A stretch of DNA of 64,000 nt from an uncultured Spirochaetaceae bacterium. GTDB lineage: Bacteria; Spirochaetota; Spirochaetia; DSM-27196; SLST01. The translations under genes and the position numbers were made by a program. A model generated the notes under the pieces. It worked only from the letters and a program-made list of their open reading frames with translations, was not told the DNA's origin and made no database searches. Location of the stretch: the NCBI GenBank assembly GCA_964625715.1, contig CAZVEF010000001.1, positions 52,030-116,029 of the forward strand, in the 5' to 3' direction. The stretch's first letter is position 1, and each line of letters begins with the position of its first letter. Shown here in pieces: positions 17,106-24,205 of the stretch.

Positions 17106-17550
17106 CCGCGGCCCCCTTGCCGAGCTCGCTCTTGAGCTCGAGCACCTCGGCCAGCGATTCCACCGCCTCGCGGTAGTCGCGGACCGTCTCCTTGAGAGCG
17201 TAGTAGTTGAGGCCGGCGTAGTAGATCTTGGAAAAGACGGTGAGCGTGATCTCTCGCTGCGTGGTCATCAGCGTGTTGTAGCAGCCGTACTCGTAGCAGA
17301 TCTGCATAACGTCTTCGAGTTTGCCCTGGACGAAATCTGCCAGGTTACTCGAAAAGCTGAACGTATAGGCGAGCTCGAGGAACTTGCTGTCACGGTCTAT
17401 GTAGACCGCGCCCTGGAATCCGTCGGTCGACTCGAATGCCGCCGAGTACGTCTCCTCGAGAAACTCGCCGTCGAGCATCTCAAAGCCCAGCTCCCGCAGG
17501 AGAACACCCACTCGGCGAACCCGTTCCTTCATCAACTTGGAGTACTTCAT
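17092..17550 (-). CDS. Hypothetical protein, possibly YbjN / secretion-chaperone-like fold
   Basis: 152-aa ORF with coding-type GC3 bias whose 3' end overlaps the ComFB gene start by 14 nt. The alternating beta/alpha pattern (AVYIDRDSKFLELAYTFSF ... LTVFSKIYYAGLNYYALKE) is only weakly reminiscent of YbjN. Confidence 0.65.
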   Translation of the reverse strand: MKYSKLMKERVRRVGVLLRELGFEMLDGEFLEETYSAAFESTDGFQGAVYIDRDSKFLELAYTFSFSSNLADFVQGKLEDVMQICYEYGCYNTLMTTQREITLTVFSKIYYAGLNYYALKETVRDYREAVESLAEVLELKSELGKGAAGGNA

Positions 17551-17596
17551 GCGCTGGCTCTCCTGTGATCTTACTGCATGGTCGTCGCAGAATCAA

Positions 17597-18883
17597 TCAC
17601 GGAGACTCGACCGCCTCGTCGAGGAGCTGCCGATGCGCGTCGAGGTCGGCCGCCACGCCGGGCTCGAGGATCATACGGATCCTGCGAAGCGCGCGGGTGA
17701 AGTCCTCGATCACGTGGGGCGTGAAGACGCTACCGGCATCCGGGTAGTCGATGACCCGGTCCTCGTCGATGACCGGGAAAGTGACCTCGAAGCTCACCGG
17801 TTCCGGGATGTCGACGATGATGTCGAGCGGTTCGATCTCGCGTCCGAGCCGCCGCGATATCAGGCGGTGGAGGCGCTTCTCGACTGCGGCGCGGTCCGCG
17901 AGATTCGCCAGGCGTTGGTGCGCCGGGTTCGTCTCGTCGAAGCCCAGATCGGCGGTGGGAACGTAGAGCTGACGGTTGTAGACGCGGCGGATGAGATCGA
18001 ACGGCCGCTCCTCGTGCGAGCAGAATGCGGCGTAGAAGGTTTCGTCGTTCAGACCGTAGAGGTCTCGCTCGTCGATGAACCCCTCGGTGAGCCCATGGTA
18101 GAGCCCGACCTTGATCATCGCGGTCGCGACGCGAACGGTACGGTGCCAGTAGACGGCGCGATACATGAGGTACTTGCTGAACAGAACGTTCTCCACCGCC
18201 GAGATACCCGAACGTTCGAGCGCGATCCCGTCCGCGCCGTTGGGGCGCAAACGGCTCAGCGCAAAGTCGATGTCCTGCGTTCCGTAGGGCACACCGCAGA
18301 AATACGCATCGCGGTTGAGGTAGTCGAGCTTGTCCGGATCGAGCGAGCCCGACAGCAGCCTGCGAAAGAGTCGCACCTCGGGTCTGCCGTCGCCGTCGAG
18401 CGATTCGTCGATGATGCGCGCGACGAGATCGGGGTCGGTGCGCAGGTCGTCCCGGATGCGCCGAGCGAGGTCTCCCTCGCGCACGATCTCGGCTGCGAGC
18501 GCCTCGTGATCCGCGAGCGGGAGCTCCTTGAGGCTGTGCGTGAAGGGAAAGTGGCCCAGGTCGTGGAGCAGCGCTGCTGCGAGATAGGCGCTCACCAGCT
18601 CACGGTTGATCGCGGGGGCCTCGTCGTAGATGAGAAGCGCCCGGATCATGCGGTAGGCGGTGTGGTAGACGCCCAGACTGTGAGCGAGTCGGGTGTGCGT
18701 CGCGCCGGGGTAGACGAGGTGGGTCGGGCCGAGCTGTTTGATCCGGCTGAGCTGCTGGAATTCGACCGAGTTGACGATCGATACGAGCCCATCGCTGAGA
18801 TAGATGTGGCCCCACAGCGGATCCCTGATGGGGCGAGTGTAATCGTGATCGAGATGCCGGAGGACATGATCCTTTACACGCAT
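17597..18883 (-). CDS. HD-domain phosphohydrolase (dNTP triphosphohydrolase / SAMHD1-like family)
   Basis: Trimmed from the 808-aa ORF to ATG 18883 (MRVKDHVLRHL...IRDPLWGHIYL). Motifs: HTRLAHSLGVYH, LLHDLGHFPFTH, DKLDYLNRDAYFCG. Confidence 0.9.
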   Translation of the reverse strand: MRVKDHVLRHLDHDYTRPIRDPLWGHIYLSDGLVSIVNSVEFQQLSRIKQLGPTHLVYPGATHTRLAHSLGVYHTAYRMIRALLIYDEAPAINRELVSAYLAAALLHDLGHFPFTHSLKELPLADHEALAAEIVREGDLARRIRDDLRTDPDLVARIIDESLDGDGRPEVRLFRRLLSGSLDPDKLDYLNRDAYFCGVPYGTQDIDFALSRLRPNGADGIALERSGISAVENVLFSKYLMYRAVYWHRTVRVATAMIKVGLYHGLTEGFIDERDLYGLNDETFYAAFCSHEERPFDLIRRVYNRQLYVPTADLGFDETNPAHQRLANLADRAAVEKRLHRLISRRLGREIEPLDIIVDIPEPVSFEVTFPVIDEDRVIDYPDAGSVFTPHVIEDFTRALRRIRMILEPGVAADLDAHRQLLDEAVESP

Positions 18884-18910
18884 TGCCGCCAATCTATAGT
18901 ATGCCCACAG

Positions 18911-19645
18911 GTGCGTCCACCATTTCGCCGTACGATCACCGCGCTTCTGGCGATCACCCTCATCCTCGCGCAGATCGGTTGCGCCCGTCGCTCCGGCGAC
19001 GGGGATGAGCCCGCTGGGGCGTCGGCGGCCGAACGCTCGGAGGGGGAAGGTCAGCCGATGCGCCTCACCGATGCCGGGCGCGGGCGCCGCCCGACGACCC
19101 CGGGCGAGGAGGCGTCCCCGGGCGTCTCCGCCTCTACGCCCGGCGACGAGGACCGTCGCGCGGCCTCGGCTGAGCGGGATGTCTCTATCGACGCGCGCGA
19201 CGAGGCGTTCGCCTCGCGCCGGCTCGGGGCGCCGCCGCACTACCCGTCTGACTTCGTGATCGGCTCGCTCGCCACGAGCGGCCTCTCCCGGCCCGAGCGG
19301 GCGGCACGGCAACACGCCCGCGTTTTCCTGCAAACCGTGCTCGCAGACGGTCGGCCGCCGGAGGACGCCTTCATCGAACCGGCGCCCGGCGCGCTCGCGG
19401 TGATCGATGATCTCGCTTCGACCGGTCTCGCCGCCGCCGGCGTTCGCGTCGCTCGACCCGTTGCGCTTCCGGGTGGGGAGCGATCGATTGCCTACCGCGT
19501 GCTCGGCGAGACGGGCGGCGCTCACGGCGAGGTCATTCTGGAAATGGCCGAGGGGCAGTGGTATATTTCGGATATTCAGGCTATTGCGTCGAGTCGGGGT
19601 ACGGACGACCTGTTCGACCCCGCCTTTCAATCTCCCCGCCCTTAA
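18911..19645 (+). CDS. Putative lipoprotein (244 aa)
   Basis: C-terminal part of ORF 17537..19645. The in-frame GTG at 18911 gives MRPPFRRTITALLAITLILAQIGC, a signal peptide with a lipobox-like LAQIGC. A low-complexity linker precedes a globular C-terminal domain. Confidence 0.7.
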   Translation: MRPPFRRTITALLAITLILAQIGCARRSGDGDEPAGASAAERSEGEGQPMRLTDAGRGRRPTTPGEEASPGVSASTPGDEDRRAASAERDVSIDARDEAFASRRLGAPPHYPSDFVIGSLATSGLSRPERAARQHARVFLQTVLADGRPPEDAFIEPAPGALAVIDDLASTGLAAAGVRVARPVALPGGERSIAYRVLGETGGAHGEVILEMAEGQWYISDIQAIASSRGTDDLFDPAFQSPRP

Positions 19646-19655
19646 TGGAGCGTCG

Positions 19656-20903
19656 GTGGCAAACGAGATCAAGCGGATAGAGAGAGAGTTCATCCTGAAG
19701 AACGTCCTCGAACAGCGCACGCCGCTCGAGGTCCACCTCGGTGCCGAACGCCTCCAGGCGTTCGTCGAGCGGATAGACGACGAGCGGCTGTGGATCCGTC
19801 TTGCCGAAGACATCTTTCCCGAGGATGCGGACGAGATCACGGTCTTTTTCCGCTTCCGCAATAATCCCATGACGTTCACGTCGCGAGTTCTCGAGAGCTC
19901 GGAGGACGTAGCCGAGGTAGAGCAACCGACCGAGCTCTTTCGCGACCTCTCGCGGACCTTCGAGCGGATCAAGGCGCCCCGTGACGTCAGCGTCTCGTTC
20001 CTGTTCAAGGGCCAGCAGGTCAAGCTCGACTATCCAGACTCCGATCAGTACGAGCCGGCGGAAGATCCCGGGGCCGACCCCGGCTTCGACGCGTCGAAGA
20101 TTTCCGAGCTCCTGCAGGCGTTCCGCGAGCGCGCAGCCCGGTTCGCGACCGAGAACAAGATCGTCATGTTTCGCGAACGTCGCCCGCAGAGCTTCCAGGA
20201 GAAGCTGATCGCCAGATCGGGCAGGATTCTCGTACTCCCGTTCTACGCGGCCGAGGCGCAGATCAGGTCCGTGGAGGTCCGCGAGCGAATCCTCACGCAG
20301 GACGAGATCATATCGCTGAAGGCCGAAGACGGCGAAGACATGTTCAGCGTGCTCGAGCAGATCGGGAAGATCGTCGAGGCGAACCGTCAGAGGCGCCTGT
20401 GGCACGAGCTCTACTGCCCTATCCTCTACCGGCAGTACGTCGTGGGCTACATGTACCTCATCCGTGCGGACAACGACCGGGAGCGCTTCGAGCCGGGGGT
20501 ATTCGACTTCGTGCTCCAGTTCGGGCGCGTTCTCGCGTTCTCGCTGAAGGCGAACGGCTACTTCAAGGCCGAGCCGCAGGTTGACGAGTTCGGCGCGGCC
20601 GAGCTCATCGACATCTCCGGATCGGGCCTGCTGTTCAGCTACCCGCCCGAGGGGCCGGATATCCTGCTGTACACGGATCTCGACCTGAAGATCTCGCTCG
20701 GGCAGACCACGATCCCGTCGCGCGGCCGCGTCATGCGCAAGTACAGCGACTCCGGGCGAGTCTACATCGCGATCCAGTTCATCCAGCTCGATCCCGACGA
20801 CATGGAGACGCTGTTTCAGCACATCTACGGTTCCAGCTACCGGGGCGACGTCGACACGGTTGGAGCCGCCGATCCGAAGAACCTCCCGATCGACGAGCTC
20901 TAG
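19656..20903 (+). CDS. PilZ-domain protein with a large N-terminal domain
   Basis: In-frame GTG at 19656, with GGAG at 19647-19650, 11 nt after the lipoprotein stop. The C-terminal PilZ barrel motif is AELIDISGSGLLF...GRVMRKYSDSGRVYIAIQF (DxSxxG). No RxxxR lies within about 40 aa upstream. Confidence 0.8.
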   Translation: MANEIKRIEREFILKNVLEQRTPLEVHLGAERLQAFVERIDDERLWIRLAEDIFPEDADEITVFFRFRNNPMTFTSRVLESSEDVAEVEQPTELFRDLSRTFERIKAPRDVSVSFLFKGQQVKLDYPDSDQYEPAEDPGADPGFDASKISELLQAFRERAARFATENKIVMFRERRPQSFQEKLIARSGRILVLPFYAAEAQIRSVEVRERILTQDEIISLKAEDGEDMFSVLEQIGKIVEANRQRRLWHELYCPILYRQYVVGYMYLIRADNDRERFEPGVFDFVLQFGRVLAFSLKANGYFKAEPQVDEFGAAELIDISGSGLLFSYPPEGPDILLYTDLDLKISLGQTTIPSRGRVMRKYSDSGRVYIAIQFIQLDPDDMETLFQHIYGSSYRGDVDTVGAADPKNLPIDEL

Positions 20904-20937
20904 CCGACGGTAAGCCGGCGCTTCCATTCGGGCGATA

Positions 20938-23919
20938 ATGGAAGTGGGAGAGCTCATGTACACACTCGCGGTAGAGATTCACGGTCTGCGCCAGCTCGAG
21001 CGCCTGCAGCGCGAGCTCATCGCCGACGTGCGGCGGCGCGTCATAGCCGTCGTGGAGGTGCAGGGTGGTTCGTTCGCGCTCGAGCAGGGCAGCCTCTGGG
21101 TGTTTCGATTCGAGCGTGCGCAGCCGGACGACCGACAGGGAGTGCTCGATGCGCTCGAGCAGACGACCGCCTTGCTTTCGGCCCGGGAACCCGAGCTCGC
21201 GGGTTGGGGTGTCGTTCTCGATTACATCGATCTGCCGGCGCCCGAAGCGGCGGCCCATATTCGAGCGATGCTCCTGCCTGTCTACGAGGACGACGCCGCC
21301 TGGCTCGGCGAGGCGGCGCACCCGCTTCTCGCGCATCACCTCGACGTGGCGGCCGAGCCGGCTCCATCGACAAAGCTCTTCCGGATCAGCGGCACGAGGG
21401 GCGGCGGAGGCGAAGACGTCGAGTCGGCCACCGAGTACGCGCGGAACAACCGGGCGGTGGACGCGCTGATGGAGGCGCTCGTGCCCGACGATCTGGTCGG
21501 GCGTATGCTCCTCGTTGTCGGCGACGACCCGCTCGCGCTGCGCGTGAACGCTCGGGCGGCGCTCGAGCAGCTCGCCGGTTCGTCGCCCGACGTGCGGTGG
21601 CTCGAGGCCGAGGCCGATGACGCGCACCCGTACGCCCCGCTCAGCTCCATTTTCTCCGCGCTCGACGTACACGAAACTCCGTTCTGGCTCAACGACGCCG
21701 AACGCGGATCGTGGGAGGAGCGCTCGGCTTTGATCGAGGCGCTGCTCTCCCCCGGCGGGCCGGTTGTCCTGCCAGACGCGTTCCCGACCGACCTGCTGAT
21801 CGCGCTCGAAGGCTACCTTCTCGCCTACGTTCGTCGCGCCGCCGAGGCGGTCGTGACGCCGGTGCTGCTCTGCCATAACGTGGACCGATGGCCGGCCCAG
21901 GCCACAGACGCGCTGGTGCGCACGATCTCGCGGTTGCCGGTTCCGGAGCATCGGCCCGCGCTCGTGCTTGTCGGTACGAGCTCTCGATCTCTCAGCGCGG
22001 CGGGGCTCGCAGAGCTCGTTGTGCGCACCGTCCGTCTCCCGCGTCGGACCGCCAGCGAGCTGGCCGAGCTCTCGGGCGCACAGGCCAACTGGGACCGGTT
22101 GATGCGCCTTACCCGGGGCAAGGCCGCGCCCGTGGTGCACTATCTCACCTGCGCCGCGCACTGGGAGCGTTTGACCGACGGAGAGGTCGAAGACGTGGAC
22201 GACGCCGATCTCGCGTGGCGCGTGGCGTCGGCGCTGGACTCTGAGGTCCAGGAGCTCCTCCTCGCCGCGTGCTACGCCGCACCTTTCGTCACGCGCAATC
22301 AGTACGTGGATCTGGCGATCCGCCTCGGCACCGACCGTGTTCGAGTCCCCACCACGCTTTCGCGGCTGCGGCTGCTCGGCCTGATCGAGGACCGTGACGA
22401 CGTCGTCCCGTCGTATCCGGAACTCCGCTCGCGTCTGGAGCTCGGGCTCGGTTCGGCGGCGAAGACCGTCTACGAGAGGGTGAGCCGGGGACTCGTCGAG
22501 CTCGTCGAGACGCGCGGGATCGGGGTGAGCGAGCGTCTCGTTGGCTTCCTCGGTTCCTTTGCCGGTGGTGAGTATGTCCCCCGCCTCTACCACCAGCTGC
22601 TCACGTGCGTGATGAACGAGCGCCGACTCGACGAGGCGCAGCGGTTGCTCTACGACACGGCGCCTCCGCGCGGGTTGTCGAGCGCGGCCCGCGCCTGTGT
22701 GCAGGCGGTCGTCGCGACGAACCGCATTCGACTCGCTCTCCTCCAGGCGAACATGCAGGCCGCCGAACGCACCCGGTCGCACAGCGACCGTTCGGTCGAT
22801 GCGCAGCGGTGCGGAGCGGTTGGCGGCGATCTCGCGGTCCAGAAGGCGCGGCTGACCTTCCACGGCGGGCCGTCGAAGGAGACGGTCGCGCTCCTCAAGC
22901 GTGCGGTGATGATCTATCAGGAGTTCGACGATCAGGCCGGGCTCGCGCGGGCAAATCTGGACTTCGGCCTTGTTCTGCTCGCGCAGGAGGATCTGCTCGG
23001 GGCACGCGAGTACTTTCTGCTCGCCGCCAGGTCGGCAGCGAGCAGCGACGATACCTTCGAGCAGGTGCGCGCGCGGGCGTTGTCGCTGGTGTGCGACTAC
23101 GTCTACGGTAACCTCACTCGCGCGCTGCGCGAGGCGGGCGAGCTCGACGCAGAGGCCGGACGGGCCGGTATGCGCGAAGTGCAGCTGTTCGCCGAGCTCA
23201 CGCGCGGGCGAGTCGTCTTCGAGCTCGGCCGTTACCGGGAGGCCGGTGACATCTTCTCACGCGGCCGCAGCCGGGCGCGGCTGTACGGCATGAGCTCCCC
23301 CGGCGCCGTTATGGAACGTTGGCTTGCGCGCTCGCTCATCTACGACGGCAGGGTGCGCCGCGCCGGCGCGATCCTGCGGGACCACGCGGCCAACCCAGAA
23401 TCGTGCTTCTTCCTCGCGGAGGCGCATCTGAAGCTCGGCGAGCACGCGCAGGCGATCGCGGCGCTCGAGGAAGGGTTGTCGCTCATGCCGCAGACGCCGG
23501 GACCGGTGGAAGCGATCGCGTGGGCGAGCGGCTTCGCCGCGTTGGAGGACCGCGCGATCGGCGTGGTCGGCGGAACACAGGTGCTCACGCATCAGATGAT
23601 GGCGCTCCACGGGTATGTGCTCGCCGAAAGCGGCCGAATCGCAGACGGGGTCGAGGAGCTGCACCGGCTCACCCGGGAGCTGCGCATCAGCGAGATCGAT
23701 CCGTACAATCGAACGTACTTCTATCTCTACAGTCTCATCCTTCCGGAGAGCGGCGAGCTGAGCGTGGAGGACGGCACGACCGTGTTGGGCAAGGCGGTGC
23801 GCTACATCCAGCAGCGCACGAGCCGGATGGACGAGTACGCGCACAAGACCGACTACCTGCGCCGGAACGAGTGGAACGCGCGCCTCATGGGGCACGCCCG
23901 GACGCACAACCTGGTATAG
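20938..23919 (+). CDS. Large (about 990 aa) signalling-type protein: degenerate cyclase-like N-terminus, AAA_16/STAND-like middle without P-loop, TPR-like C-terminus
   Basis: Uninterrupted GC3-rich ORF; the start could instead be ATG 20956 (MYTLAVEIHG). PVLLCHNVDRWPAQATDALVRTISRLPVPEHRPALVLVGTSS resembles the Walker-B/arm region of AAA_16 ATPases. No GxxxxGK[ST] is present. The C-terminal about 400 aa is helical-repeat-like. Confidence 0.8.
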   Translation: MEVGELMYTLAVEIHGLRQLERLQRELIADVRRRVIAVVEVQGGSFALEQGSLWVFRFERAQPDDRQGVLDALEQTTALLSAREPELAGWGVVLDYIDLPAPEAAAHIRAMLLPVYEDDAAWLGEAAHPLLAHHLDVAAEPAPSTKLFRISGTRGGGGEDVESATEYARNNRAVDALMEALVPDDLVGRMLLVVGDDPLALRVNARAALEQLAGSSPDVRWLEAEADDAHPYAPLSSIFSALDVHETPFWLNDAERGSWEERSALIEALLSPGGPVVLPDAFPTDLLIALEGYLLAYVRRAAEAVVTPVLLCHNVDRWPAQATDALVRTISRLPVPEHRPALVLVGTSSRSLSAAGLAELVVRTVRLPRRTASELAELSGAQANWDRLMRLTRGKAAPVVHYLTCAAHWERLTDGEVEDVDDADLAWRVASALDSEVQELLLAACYAAPFVTRNQYVDLAIRLGTDRVRVPTTLSRLRLLGLIEDRDDVVPSYPELRSRLELGLGSAAKTVYERVSRGLVELVETRGIGVSERLVGFLGSFAGGEYVPRLYHQLLTCVMNERRLDEAQRLLYDTAPPRGLSSAARACVQAVVATNRIRLALLQANMQAAERTRSHSDRSVDAQRCGAVGGDLAVQKARLTFHGGPSKETVALLKRAVMIYQEFDDQAGLARANLDFGLVLLAQEDLLGAREYFLLAARSAASSDDTFEQVRARALSLVCDYVYGNLTRALREAGELDAEAGRAGMREVQLFAELTRGRVVFELGRYREAGDIFSRGRSRARLYGMSSPGAVMERWLARSLIYDGRVRRAGAILRDHAANPESCFFLAEAHLKLGEHAQAIAALEEGLSLMPQTPGPVEAIAWASGFAALEDRAIGVVGGTQVLTHQMMALHGYVLAESGRIADGVEELHRLTRELRISEIDPYNRTYFYLYSLILPESGELSVEDGTTVLGKAVRYIQQRTSRMDEYAHKTDYLRRNEWNARLMGHARTHNLV

Positions 23920-23956
23920 AACCGAGCGGGCGCCACCGGGCACGCTCGGCTTCGCA

Positions 23957-23976
23957 GGAACCGCTGGTGCGGTTCC
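23957..23976 (+). terminator. Hairpin downstream of 20938..23919 (weak terminator candidate)
   Basis: GGAACCGC-TGGT-GCGGTTCC forms a perfect 8-bp stem 38 nt after the stop. No T-run follows. Confidence 0.3.
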
Positions 23977-23992
23977 GCTGCCTCGGTGCGGG

Positions 23993-24021
23993 TTGACGCG
24001 CCCGGCGCCTTTGGCTATCTT
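23993..24021 (+). promoter_or_regulatory. Candidate sigma70-type promoter of the tRNA gene
   Basis: TTGACG (23993-23998), 17 nt spacer, TATCTT (24016-24021). The tRNA 5' end is 25 nt downstream. Confidence 0.5.
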
Positions 24022-24045
24022 CACCGAGCGTTTTTTTTATTGCAC

Positions 24046-24118
24046 GGTGGCGTAGCTCAGTCGGTAGAGCAAGCGGCTCATATCCGCTTTGTCGGGGGTT
24101 CAAGTCCCTCCGCCACTA
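24046..24118 (+). tRNA. tRNA with CAU anticodon (elongator Met, or Ile2 if lysidine-modified)
   Basis: Hand-folded cloverleaf. Acceptor stem: GGTGGCG/CGCCACT (G1:U72). D stem: GCTC/GAGC. Anticodon stem AGCGG/CCGCT with loop CTCATAT. T arm: GGGGG-TTCAAGT-CCCTC. Discriminator is A and no CCA is encoded. Confidence 0.9.
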
Positions 24119-24146
24119 ATTCCCCGTTAAACTCGCGCGAAGGCGA

Positions 24147-24175
24147 TGGTCAACCTCTCGAAAACCGGCTATAAT
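24147..24175 (+). promoter_or_regulatory. Candidate promoter of the coiled-coil gene
   Basis: TGGTCA (24147-24152), 17 nt spacer, TATAAT (24170-24175), 30 nt upstream of ATG 24206. Confidence 0.3.
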
Positions 24176-24205
24176 TGCCGTGACAAGTTCTTCGGGGGGG
24201 GAACG

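Noticed and set aside
17597-18883. The HD-domain dNTPase-like gene as an anti-phage dNTP-depletion defence gene, with the neighbouring STAND-like protein as a defence sensor.
   Set aside because: No other defence hallmarks are nearby: no nucleases, helicases, methylases, mobile elements or compositional island. This HD family is a common housekeeping gene, and the neighbours are signalling or lipoprotein genes.
17597-20023. N-terminally over-extended ORFs in the track. Examples: the 808-aa version of the HD gene, the 693-aa purM, the 426-aa LolA-like protein, 61857..63044 surE, 54969.. RR and 19407.. PilZ.
   Set aside because: The extensions overlap neighbouring well-supported genes and are Arg/Pro-rich. 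In each case an internal start preceded by an RBS, an operon-style overlap (ATGA/GTGA) or a proper signal peptide gives the family-typical length.
24046-24118. Whether the CAU tRNA is the initiator tRNA-fMet.
   Set aside because: It lacks the three consecutive G:C pairs at the bottom of the anticodon stem (AGCGG/CCGCT) and has a paired 1:72 position (G:U). It is therefore an elongator Met or a lysidine-modified Ile2, which sequence alone cannot distinguish.
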